From assembly GCA_041671645.1 (NCBI GenBank), contig JBAZBD010000001.1, positions 479,234 to 543,233 of the forward strand: a DNA stretch of 64,000 bases. Direction: 5' to 3'. Positions 49,105 to 58,352 of the stretch are shown piece by piece (position 1 is the stretch's first letter; every line of letters begins with the position of its first letter). A program made the position numbers and the translations under genes. This DNA comes from Patescibacteria group bacterium. Lineage in GTDB: Bacteria; Patescibacteriota; UBA1384; XYA2-FULL-43-10; 1-14-0-10-43-13. A model generated the notes under the pieces. It did not search any database, was not told the origin of the DNA, and saw nothing but the letters and a program-made list of their open reading frames with translations.

Positions 49105-49135
49105 AAAGCTCACAGGCCTTGGCCTGTGAGCTTTT
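49105..49135 (+). terminator. Intrinsic terminator
   Basis: AAAGCTCACAGGCC-TT-GGCCTGTGAGCTTTT. Confidence 0.75.
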
Positions 49136-49204
49136 GTGTTTGTGGACTTTATAAACATTTATTTGTATAATTAGATTAATGTCTCTATCGGCCAATTTTT
49201 ATAT

Positions 49205-52200
49205 ATGAATTTTATACTATACGTAATTTACTTCGTCTTAATCGTTGGACCAATATACTTAATATGGGCAATTGCTAATATGAACAAAAAAATCAAAAAA
49301 GTCGACTGGCTAGCCGCTCAAGAATACACAGTATTGCGTATAGATGTACCGCGCAACAACGAGAAGTCGCCGATGGCCGCTGAGCAAATGTTTGCCGCTA
49401 TTCATGGTATCTACTCCGAATCTGCCGAATTCCAAAATCATCTGAGCTTCGAGATAGTCTCAAAAGATAAGTTCATTCAATTCTATATCTATTTGCCTTT
49501 GCACTTGAAGGATTTCGTAGAGGGTCAGATCTATGCTCAATATCCGACTGTCGAGATTAATGAAGTCGATGATTATGCCCAGAATGCCAGTATTGGCTCC
49601 AAAGATTATGCCATCTGCGAACTTAATTTGACCAAGCCAGATGTCTATCCAATCAAAACCTTTACAGATTTCGATGTAGACCCGATTTCATCTATCACTT
49701 CCGTCATGACCAAGCTTGGCGAGGATGAGGAAGTCTGGGTTCAATTTGTGATCAAGCCAATAGGGGATGAGTGGCAGGAAAAAGGTCATGAAATGGTCTC
49801 TTCTGTCCGAAACGGCACCAATATTGCCAAGGTTGGACTCGGCCGTGCTATCGCAAGTGGTTTTGCAAAATTTGGCAAAGCTTTAGTCTTGCAGGCGATC
49901 AGACCTGGCGTCGACTTGGATCAGCCAGAAAAGGAAGTCAAATTGCCATCTGCCGTAGAGGACGCCCTCAAGAATATTGAGCTCAAAATCACCAAACTTG
50001 GATTCGAGACCAAAATCAGGGTATTGGCTCTCGGGACCGATCCAACTCTGACCAAAGCTAAATGCCAAAATATCGCTGCAACGTTCAAGCAGTTTAATTC
50101 GACCACCCTAAACGGTTTCAAAATAGGGGAAGTCCATATCAACAATCAGACCTCATTCAAGGATTTCGTATATCGCTCGTTTGAAGATGACGGCGCGATC
50201 CTCAATATCGCTGAAATTGCTTCAATATTCCATTTACCATCTAGTTCAGTCTCGACCCCAAATATTGTTTGGTCTGGCTCCAAGAAGGGAGAACCACCTT
50301 CCAACTTACCGCTTCGAACAAACACTGAAGAATCTCAATTTACAGTGCTTGGACTTACGAATTTTCGGAATAATTTACAGGAGTTTGGCATCAAAACTGA
50401 TGATCGCCGACGACATATTTATATTATTGGTAAATCTGGTACTGGTAAGTCCACATTGATCGAGAATATGGTGATCAACGATATCGCGGCCGGCAAAGGC
50501 GTAATCCTAATTGATCCGCATGGAGAAACTGCGGACAAGATTTTGGCGTGTACTCCTGACAGTCGTATCAACGATGTTATAGTCTTTGATCCTTCCGATC
50601 GCGAATTTCCTGTCGCCTTCAACCTATTGGAAACGGTCGATGATGATTTTAAGGGGATTGTCGCATCTGGTTTTGTTGGAATCTTCAAGAAGATATTTGG
50701 TGAATCATGGGGACCTAGACTTGAGCATATTCTTCGAAATACTGTTTTGGCGCTTCTGGATTGTCCCGATTCCACCATGCTGGACATCCCCAAGATGTTG
50801 ACCAACAACAGGTTCCGCGACAAGATCGTCGAGCAGGTTAAAGATTCGGTGATCCGAGACTTCTGGGTCAATGAATTCGCACAATATGATAGCAAATTTA
50901 GGACTGAGGCTGTTTCACCAATTTTGAACAAAGTTGGGCAGTTCCTGGCCACTTCGACTATTCGAAACATTGTCGGTCAAGCACATTCTCGTCTGAACAT
51001 TCGTGAAGTCATGGACCAGCAGAAGGTAATGATTGTAAATCTATCTCGTGGCAAGATCGGAGAAGACAACTCTGCGCTTCTCGGCGCGATGATGATTACC
51101 AAGATTCAGCTTGCCGCGATGAGCCGTGCTGATGTCACAATCGAGAATAGACCAGATTGTTTCCTCTACGTGGACGAGTTTCAGAACTTTGCGACTGACT
51201 CTTTCGCTACGATTCTTTCCGAGGCTCGAAAGTATAATCTGTCCCTTACTATTGCTCATCAATACATCGCTCAAATGCCTGACCCGGTCAAAGAAGCAGT
51301 ATTTGGCAATGCGGGTACCCTGATCTCATTCCGTGTTGGTGGATCTGACGCTGTGACGCTGGTCAAAGAGTATGCTCCTGTTTTTGAAGAAAACGATATG
51401 GTTAATCTCGAGAAGGCTCATATCTATATCAAACTTCTAATCGATGGTATAGCACCGCCAGCTTTCTCTGCCAGAACTCTGCCACCAGTCGCCAAATTGA
51501 CCGGCAACTATGATCAGGTTGTGAACCAATCTCACCAAAAATATTCTGTCGCGCGCAGTACCGTCGAGGCTCAGATTGATGGTAAGTCAAGTCAGGAAGA
51601 GGAAGAGCTGAAAAGAGAGGCTGAAATCTTCAAATCTGGCGGACTCGAAGCGCTTCTGACAAAACGTGGCGCCGCTTCACCTAGTTCGGAGCCAGAGGAC
51701 CGCGCTCCCGAAAAGGAAACCGTCAACTCCGCATTTATCCCAGAGGAGGCGCAAGCCGAGCCAAAGCCTCTTGTAGACTCTGAGCCAGAAGATAAACCTG
51801 TATACAAGTCTGAACCAGTATCTCAGCCAGAATCAGCAAAGCTAGAAGAACATGCTAATCGCGAAGACGTAGCCTCAGTAAAACATGAAAGCCATGAAAA
51901 ACCCGAAGAGCCTACTAAGTCAGACGAGCCAAGAATCCTGAAGTGGCAGAACGTTATAGAGGGCAAGGTCTACAAGGAGCGCACAGCACGAGGTAATGTG
52001 AAGTGGTATGTTGGCGACGAGGTCGACGAGGAGAAGCTTCTCAAGGCCGGTGTAGTCTTGGACGACAAGGCGAAGCGAATCATTGCGCTAACCGCCAAAC
52101 TCGCAGATCATGATGGCACCCAGAAAAAAAATGTAGTAGGGGAGAGCGATTCTATCCGTCCCGAAAAAGTGGACAATCTATTGGAGCCAAAAGAAGTACC

Positions 52201-52477
52201 AAGCACTGCGATCGTAGAATCAAATTTGCTTCCAGAAATTGCGCCAAATATATTACCTGCTTTTCAACCGGAGAATCTACCAGAGAAACACGAAGCAGAC
52301 AGTCCTGCGCTTGCCCACTCGATATTGTCGCCGAATGAAGAGAAGGAACTGCCGAAGACTGATCATGCTGAGGCGCCAACTAAACATGCCGAATCTCATC
52401 ATGTGACGCATCATCACGCTACCCATCTAGCGGAAGGCCAGTCGGTTAAGCTACACCACAAAGAGGAAGATAAATAG
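49205..52477 (+). CDS. Second VirD4/TraG-like coupling ATPase with long acidic/His-rich C-terminal tail
   Basis: RHIYIIGKSGTGKS, IDPHG, LYVDEFQNF, SEARKY, HQYIAQ; paralog of 44773..47346. Confidence 0.88.
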   Translation: MNFILYVIYFVLIVGPIYLIWAIANMNKKIKKVDWLAAQEYTVLRIDVPRNNEKSPMAAEQMFAAIHGIYSESAEFQNHLSFEIVSKDKFIQFYIYLPLHLKDFVEGQIYAQYPTVEINEVDDYAQNASIGSKDYAICELNLTKPDVYPIKTFTDFDVDPISSITSVMTKLGEDEEVWVQFVIKPIGDEWQEKGHEMVSSVRNGTNIAKVGLGRAIASGFAKFGKALVLQAIRPGVDLDQPEKEVKLPSAVEDALKNIELKITKLGFETKIRVLALGTDPTLTKAKCQNIAATFKQFNSTTLNGFKIGEVHINNQTSFKDFVYRSFEDDGAILNIAEIASIFHLPSSSVSTPNIVWSGSKKGEPPSNLPLRTNTEESQFTVLGLTNFRNNLQEFGIKTDDRRRHIYIIGKSGTGKSTLIENMVINDIAAGKGVILIDPHGETADKILACTPDSRINDVIVFDPSDREFPVAFNLLETVDDDFKGIVASGFVGIFKKIFGESWGPRLEHILRNTVLALLDCPDSTMLDIPKMLTNNRFRDKIVEQVKDSVIRDFWVNEFAQYDSKFRTEAVSPILNKVGQFLATSTIRNIVGQAHSRLNIREVMDQQKVMIVNLSRGKIGEDNSALLGAMMITKIQLAAMSRADVTIENRPDCFLYVDEFQNFATDSFATILSEARKYNLSLTIAHQYIAQMPDPVKEAVFGNAGTLISFRVGGSDAVTLVKEYAPVFEENDMVNLEKAHIYIKLLIDGIAPPAFSARTLPPVAKLTGNYDQVVNQSHQKYSVARSTVEAQIDGKSSQEEEELKREAEIFKSGGLEALLTKRGAASPSSEPEDRAPEKETVNSAFIPEEAQAEPKPLVDSEPEDKPVYKSEPVSQPESAKLEEHANREDVASVKHESHEKPEEPTKSDEPRILKWQNVIEGKVYKERTARGNVKWYVGDEVDEEKLLKAGVVLDDKAKRIIALTAKLADHDGTQKKNVVGESDSIRPEKVDNLLEPKEVPSTAIVESNLLPEIAPNILPAFQPENLPEKHEADSPALAHSILSPNEEKELPKTDHAEAPTKHAESHHVTHHHATHLAEGQSVKLHHKEEDK

Positions 52478-52499
52478 AGATAGATACTAGTGAATAGGG

Positions 52500-52532
52500 A
52501 AGACTCAGGCGGAAGCCAGGGTCTTTTCTTTT
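52500..52532 (+). terminator. Intrinsic terminator
   Basis: AAGACTCAGGC-GGAA-GCCAGGGTCTT-TTCTTT. Confidence 0.65.
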
Positions 52533-52735
52533 ATCTACCGGAGAAGTCCGTTTTTTCTAGAAGCCTTGGGGGAGTGATAGATATTCATCAAAGTATATGG
52601 CATGAGCTATATGGGGTAGCACAAATGTTGTAGAGGAGGCAGGGGCCCCGGATTATTTTGGTGCAAATAAACGGTGCAAATATGAACTTCCCCAAAATAG
52701 GGTGTTTGGGGGAAGTGAGTTCCTACGAACTAATT

Positions 52736-52763
52736 ATGTCGCATAACATACATTATACGACAT
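52736..52763. other. dif-like Xer recombination site / putative replication terminus
   Basis: ATGTCGCATAA-CATACA-TTATACGACAT, 11-6-11 inverted arms, located where gene orientation converges. Confidence 0.8.
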
Positions 52764-53054
52764 TAGCCAAAACCCGGAGAAGGACCTCTACCCTATCCAT
52801 TTATCCATATTTTTGGTTATGTCTATTTGCCGTATATATCTAGACATTTATTCTGATGCGTCCGCCCTTACATTCTTCGCTAGTTGTCCTACCATTTTGC
52901 TGTTAACTTTACCAATCAAACAATTTCGCATAACTCTTATTACAATTGCTGCAATAATACTCATTTCGAGCTTGCCATACGTCCAAAATACACTCAAAAA
53001 GCCCCAGAATGGCTTCTGCGGCGTTTTTCATACTCTGTATGATAATTTGTACCT

Positions 53055-53420
53055 TTAGTTCATTTCTTCAACTTTGGCGGACCGTCTTTTGATACTTGAA
53101 ACTGTAAAAGTTTTGATTGAGCCAATGTTGGAAAGTATACGAATGGTAAATGCGATGATGATTGCTAGGTATAGGTCCAGGTTTAATTTGTCGCCAAAGA
53201 ATGTTATGACCATGGCGATTATCATGTTAAACAAAAGGCCTGATACAAAGACAGTGGTATCATACTTTTTCTCAACCTGCGCTTTTACCGCGCCAAAAAT
53301 AGAGTCGAGAAGACCGATTATTGCGACTGCAGTGTATCGAGTGTATTCCGGTGGAATATCAAATTGCAGGAAAGCTCCAACTGATAGTCCTAAAATTAAG
53401 CCCAAGGCAATTAATAACAT
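53055..53420 (-). CDS. Small basic protein Sbp / DUF1290 family
   Basis: YTAVAIIGLLDSIFG, FVSGLLFN, LDLYLA, RILSN. Confidence 0.85.
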   Translation of the reverse strand: MLLIALGLILGLSVGAFLQFDIPPEYTRYTAVAIIGLLDSIFGAVKAQVEKKYDTTVFVSGLLFNMIIAMVITFFGDKLNLDLYLAIIIAFTIRILSNIGSIKTFTVSSIKRRSAKVEEMN

Positions 53421-53537
53421 TATATTTCTTCCTTCTATTTGAAAATCTATTTTTGTCCATTATCTACAAACTAGATCCGTAGATATGTCGATTATTCTTA
53501 AATAAATAATTTTCGCAAATAGGCGGAAGGCACTCCC

Positions 53538-54449
53538 CTATTTTTTGTTTGCGGCTTTGTTCTTCAATAATTTCTTTTGCCAGAGTACGAGGAGCGGCGC
53601 TGCGTTGAAGATTGAGGAATATGTTCCGATAGTGATACCGAAGACTAGAATCAATATGAAATGCTTAATTGAGCTACTGCCGAAGACCAGGAGGGCCAAC
53701 AATACGATTAGCGTCGTGAGCGAAGTATTTACTGATCTCACAACGGTCTGATTGATACTCTCTTCAGCAGAGAGTGCAATATCCTGGTGGGGGTTTTTGA
53801 TGAAGTTCTCGCGTAATCGGTCATAGACCACGATTGTGTCATGAACTGAGAAACCCATAATGGTCAGGAGTGCGGTCACGAAAAGCGCATCAACTTCCAT
53901 CCAGATGAAAAAGTGGCCGATGACGGCGACAAATCCAGTCGTAATAAGAAGGTCGTGAATTAGGGCAATCACGGCGCAAACGCCAAACATCCAGGAAGAA
54001 AGAGGCTTTGGAACCTTGCGAAAAGCAAAGGCAATGAAAATGATAATTGTAATAGAAGCAATTATGACAGCCAGAATAGATTTATTGGTCAAATCCTGTC
54101 CGATCAGAGGACCGACAGTGTCATAGCTCACCTCTTTGTAATCGCTAATCTTCTCGGTGAATTTAGTTGCTAGCTCCTTGTGTTGATCATTGCTCAAGGT
54201 TTGAAGTTTGACAATTACGTCAGAAGCACCACTTTCTTTGATCTGGTAGCCAGTCATACCGAAATTATCAAGGGTGGATTTCGCAAGGTCTACCTTTTGA
54301 GAGTTCTCGGAACTAAACTGGATTACGGTACCGCCTTTGTAGTCTACACCGACTCGGAGCCCGTAAAAACCAATTGCGAGTACTGAAGCAATTGCCAAAA
54401 TTATAGAGAATGCAAACCAATAGTTTGAGTTTCTAATGATTCTAAACAT
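53538..54449 (-). CDS. secF: Protein translocase subunit SecF
   Basis: GVDYKGG, VGPLIG, GFSVHDTIVVYDRLRE, GTYSSIF. Confidence 0.95.
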   Translation of the reverse strand: MFRIIRNSNYWFAFSIILAIASVLAIGFYGLRVGVDYKGGTVIQFSSENSQKVDLAKSTLDNFGMTGYQIKESGASDVIVKLQTLSNDQHKELATKFTEKISDYKEVSYDTVGPLIGQDLTNKSILAVIIASITIIIFIAFAFRKVPKPLSSWMFGVCAVIALIHDLLITTGFVAVIGHFFIWMEVDALFVTALLTIMGFSVHDTIVVYDRLRENFIKNPHQDIALSAEESINQTVVRSVNTSLTTLIVLLALLVFGSSSIKHFILILVFGITIGTYSSIFNAAPLLVLWQKKLLKNKAANKK

Positions 54450-55740
54450 GGATAAACCTCTTGGCATAGCTAGATGATGATAAAAGCAACAATATTGTTC
54501 GGGTCACAGTGATCGCGGTAAACAAACTGATGATGATACCGATCATCAAGGTCAGAGCGAAACCTCTGATTGGTCCGGAGCCTGTGGTGGTATAGAGAAT
54601 CAAACAAGTCAGGATTGAGGAAGTATTCGAGTCGCGAATTGAGTTCCACGATCTTTTGAAGCCGTCCATAATGGAAAGGTGCAAATCCTTGCCGGACTTA
54701 AGTTCCTCTTTCATCCTCTCAAATATCAGAACGTTTGCGTCTATTGCCATACCGATAGATAATACAAACCCGGCGATACCGGCAAGCGTTAGAGTGACTG
54801 GCATGATTTTGTAAACGGCCAGTGTTATTGCGGCGTAAGTTGTAAGTGCGAAAATTGCGATAAGGCCTGGGAATTTATAATATGAGACTATAAACATTGC
54901 AACCAATATCAGACCGATCAATCCGCCTACAAGGCTAAGCTTCAATGAGTTCGTGCCCAGGGTGGCACCAATATTTTGTTGGCCAATTAGATTGGTTGGG
55001 ACTGGAAGCATGCCCTCGTTTAATCGTTTGGCTAAGTTTTGTGCTTCTTTGATATCCTTTGAGCCCGTGATAATGGCTTCACCGTTGGCAATTTCGGTTT
55101 GTACATTTGGAGCGGATACAATTTTGTTGTCCAGCACTATTGCAATTCTCTTATTGATATTATCCTTGGTCAGCTGTCGGAACATATCGGTTCCGATGTT
55201 GTCGAACTTGATCTGCACTACGGGTTGAGATGTCGCTACTCCTTGTGAGTTTCCGTCAAAGGTTGCGTCCGATTTGGTCAGGTTGCGTCCAGTAAGCTCT
55301 GATTTTTTCCAATAACCTGGGTAAGTATATGTCGGTTCGTAATAATCGCTAAGTTGAGCGCCATCAGCTTCAGTGCCCTCTACCATGAATGCAAGTTCAT
55401 AAGTAGCGCCAATCTTATCAATTGCTTCATCGATATTTGTAATTCCAGGCAGCTCAATCAGAATGCGGTCTCCCCCGCTGGTTTGGATAGTTGGCTCCGC
55501 AACACCGAGTTCGTTGATACGTCTATCGAAGACATTTTTCAGATTGTTTAGATCTTTTACTTTATCTTTTGATTGGCTCAAATCGGCTTGGTAGATCAGC
55601 TCTGTCCCGCCGACAAGATCAAGGCCTAGCATTGCTTTGATTCGATCGCCAAAGAAGAAGCTCTTCGGCAAGTCGATAGAAATTGCGAGCGCTACAATCA
55701 ATATAATAAAACCGAAACCAACCCAGAGTTTTGTTCTCAT
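54442..55740 (-). CDS. secD: Protein translocase subunit SecD
   Basis: LGLDLVGG, ELGVAEP, GMAIDANVLIFER. Confidence 0.95.
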   Translation of the reverse strand: MRTKLWVGFGFIILIVALAISIDLPKSFFFGDRIKAMLGLDLVGGTELIYQADLSQSKDKVKDLNNLKNVFDRRINELGVAEPTIQTSGGDRILIELPGITNIDEAIDKIGATYELAFMVEGTEADGAQLSDYYEPTYTYPGYWKKSELTGRNLTKSDATFDGNSQGVATSQPVVQIKFDNIGTDMFRQLTKDNINKRIAIVLDNKIVSAPNVQTEIANGEAIITGSKDIKEAQNLAKRLNEGMLPVPTNLIGQQNIGATLGTNSLKLSLVGGLIGLILVAMFIVSYYKFPGLIAIFALTTYAAITLAVYKIMPVTLTLAGIAGFVLSIGMAIDANVLIFERMKEELKSGKDLHLSIMDGFKRSWNSIRDSNTSSILTCLILYTTTGSGPIRGFALTLMIGIIISLFTAITVTRTILLLLSSSSYAKRFIHV

Positions 55741-55798
55741 AATATATACATCTTATCTAAAAAATAGTACTTAAGTCAACGCTCGTTGCGCTTAGCGC

Positions 55799-56431
55799 TT
55801 ATCGTACGATTGGGCAGACCAAAAGATCGCCAGTTTTTGCCAGTTTTGGAACGATATCTTCTTCGAGCATGGAGTAGCCTTTTGGGAATACAGTAAATAC
55901 CGATGGGTCAAAAAGATATATTCCGTCCATCGAAGAGAGATCTTCTGTTAGAAGGGTGGCAGTGGAATTGTGGGTTTTGTGGAATTCAATCAGTCCAGCC
56001 AGATTGTATTCGCCTTGGTCGGCATTACTATAAACGATAAACAAACCACCAGCCAGTTCTTTTTTCAGGGCATGTATTGCTCCGCCAGAGCCTTCACCTT
56101 TGTCCGAATATTTGATTGATACGTCAGAAATATTTGCTTTTGCAATCTTGTCCTTGACCTTATCGCCCAAGAAGCCAGTTGCGACGATAACCTCTTTGAC
56201 ACCGAAGCCAGACAAGGATTTGATGAAATCAATTGCTCGGTCTGCTGATTTGATCGCATTATCTCCGCCGAGAAGCACTACCGCCTTGACTGGGGCGCTG
56301 TTGTCTAGGGCGTTTAGAACTAGAGATTCGATTGCGTGTGATCGATTTCTAAGTTCTACGCCGTCGATTGCCTTATCGATCATTTTCAGAACCTCTGTTT
56401 TGATGGAAATTGTAATTCTCTCTCGATCCAT
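55799..56431 (-). CDS. Ribbon-helix-helix domain fused to degenerate sugar-phosphate nucleotidyltransferase-like domain
   Basis: RERITISI...NRSHAIE (RHH); KAVVLLGG, GVKEVIVATGFLGDKV, GSGGAI, GIYLFDP. Confidence 0.75.
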   Translation of the reverse strand: MDRERITISIKTEVLKMIDKAIDGVELRNRSHAIESLVLNALDNSAPVKAVVLLGGDNAIKSADRAIDFIKSLSGFGVKEVIVATGFLGDKVKDKIAKANISDVSIKYSDKGEGSGGAIHALKKELAGGLFIVYSNADQGEYNLAGLIEFHKTHNSTATLLTEDLSSMDGIYLFDPSVFTVFPKGYSMLEEDIVPKLAKTGDLLVCPIVR

Positions 56432-56541
56432 GATTCTCCCTATAGTAAATTGTTATTGTATTCATAATTTATCATACACAAAAAATCGAAGTCAAATCCA
56501 AATCATTGCCAGACTGAGAAGAGGGCTATAGGTGTGAAAAA

Positions 56542-57522
56542 TTAATCAATTTGCTTAAAGGCATTCAAGACTGCGTTAAAGTCTTCAGGTATTTCTGCGG
56601 TAAAATTTGATTGTTTGTTTTGCCCCGGTATTGTAAAAGAGAGACTTTTGGCATGCAGCATCTGTCTCTCGATTGATCTGGTATCGGAGAAATGTTTGCT
56701 ATCCTTGGAACAGTAAACTTGGTCGCCTAGGACTGGGAATCCGGCTAGCATTGATTGTAGTCTGATTTGGTGGGTCCGGCCTGTCTCTATGTCGTACTCA
56801 ACGAGAGAAATTCGTTTACCAGCGCTATCTTGCAAATAAGAAATTACTTTGTAATTTGAAACTGCTAACTTCCCTTTCATTTCCCCGACTTCGGCCATTT
56901 TCTTGCGGTCTTTCGGGTTTCTGCCAATATAATTCGTCATTCTTCCAGTTTCATTTTTGGGCCAATTATAACAAATTGCCAGATAGATTTTCTTGACGTC
57001 CCGGTGCATGATCTGACGAGAAATTGAGTGCATTGCGCGTGCGTTTTTGGCTACTACCATAATTCCAGAGGTGAATTTGTCCAACCTATGTACTATTCCC
57101 GGACGGAACTTGGATATCTCTGAATCTGGCTCTGCCAAAGCGTCCTTGATGTTTGGCGAATGCGCGAGAAGCGCGTTGACTAACGTACCAGTATAGTTGC
57201 CTGCTGCGGGGTGGACGACCATCCCAACGGGTTTATTGAGGACGATAACGTCCTTATCTTCATAGATGATATCTAGCGAAATATCCTGAGCTGTTGGCTC
57301 TACGGTTGACTGAATTTCTGACATAGATACTTTGATTTCGTCGCCCAATTTCAACTTGTAGCTAGATTTTGTTGGCTTATTATTGACCAAAATAGCCCCT
57401 TCTTTGATCAGCTTGGCAAAGTAATTTCGAGAGTAATCTGGATTTTCTTTGGCCAAGTATTGATCCAGTCTCTCCCCCGCTCCGGAACTCACTACATAAA
57501 TTTTGGAGTCAGAATTGTTCAT
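56542..57522 (-). CDS. RluA/RluD-family pseudouridine synthase with S4 domain
   Basis: RLDQYL S4, NKPVGMVVHP, HRLDKFTSG, TGRTHQIR. Confidence 0.93.
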   Translation of the reverse strand: MNNSDSKIYVVSSGAGERLDQYLAKENPDYSRNYFAKLIKEGAILVNNKPTKSSYKLKLGDEIKVSMSEIQSTVEPTAQDISLDIIYEDKDVIVLNKPVGMVVHPAAGNYTGTLVNALLAHSPNIKDALAEPDSEISKFRPGIVHRLDKFTSGIMVVAKNARAMHSISRQIMHRDVKKIYLAICYNWPKNETGRMTNYIGRNPKDRKKMAEVGEMKGKLAVSNYKVISYLQDSAGKRISLVEYDIETGRTHQIRLQSMLAGFPVLGDQVYCSKDSKHFSDTRSIERQMLHAKSLSFTIPGQNKQSNFTAEIPEDFNAVLNAFKQID

Positions 57523-58352
57523 TTCAAAAATCCTGCGATGTTAGTATCAGCGTTTACACGATAGCGAGATAAAAGCAGATTATCAGACTTCAAATCCCCT
57601 ATCCCGTATTTCGTGGTAACGGCGTAAAAATAACCAGCTTCTCGAGCAGTGGACACAACCTCAGAGTTCTCTTTCCCAGCAGGATAACACAAGCTTACAA
57701 TATTATGTCCGAGTATTTTTTCGAGTGCGATCTTGCTATCCTTCAGCTCGAGACTTACTTTTTCCTGAGAGATTTTCGTCAGGTCTGGATGAGAAATGGT
57801 ATGAGATCCGACTTCGATTCCGTTGGTGTTGATCTCTCTAATTTGGGTCTCGGTCATATAATCAGAGCTGGTTTCCCCAGTAATTACAAAAGCTACCGCT
57901 TTCATCTGTTCTAATTTAAGAGCTGGGTATGCGCTCTCGAAGAAGTTTGAATATCCATCATCAAAGGTGAGAATGATTGGTTTGCTGGGTGCCTGACCGC
58001 TCGCTATCTCTTCAAATGTTGTCGTTGTATAGCCTTTGCTTTTGATCAGCTCTAGCTGGGTCGCAAATTTTGCAGGTGAAACCGACAAGTTCGTGCCGAT
58101 CTGATCGCTCGTATCGACAAAATCACGAATGTGATGGTACATCAGAATAGGTATTTCAGTTGGCATGGCGACAGGTGCAGCTTCTATCCTCTGGTCTGGC
58201 GATGGCGCAGTCGTAGTCGTCGCTTCCTCACTCTTGGTGGGATTAACGACCTCAGACTTTAGCGATTGGGCCTGTTCGAAAGCAAGCATTACCAAAAATA
58301 TCCCCAAAAGAACTATAATTCCTATCAAAATTTTTTTAGATTTATATTTCAT
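57519..58352 (-). CDS. Polysaccharide deacetylase (CE4), membrane anchored
   Basis: PILMYH, LTFDDG, GSHTISH, CYPAG. Confidence 0.9.
   Translation of the reverse strand: MKYKSKKILIGIIVLLGIFLVMLAFEQAQSLKSEVVNPTKSEEATTTTAPSPDQRIEAAPVAMPTEIPILMYHHIRDFVDTSDQIGTNLSVSPAKFATQLELIKSKGYTTTTFEEIASGQAPSKPIILTFDDGYSNFFESAYPALKLEQMKAVAFVITGETSSDYMTETQIREINTNGIEVGSHTISHPDLTKISQEKVSLELKDSKIALEKILGHNIVSLCYPAGKENSEVVSTAREAGYFYAVTTKYGIGDLKSDNLLLSRYRVNADTNIAGFLK

Noticed and set aside
44773-52477. Integrative conjugative element
   Set aside because: No relaxase, integrase, VirB4 or flanking att repeats in the window; the ATPases look chromosomal.
52658-53058. Short + strand ORFs in the terminus spacer
   Set aside because: Weak starts, no RBS or recognisable motifs, and one overlaps the dif-like site.
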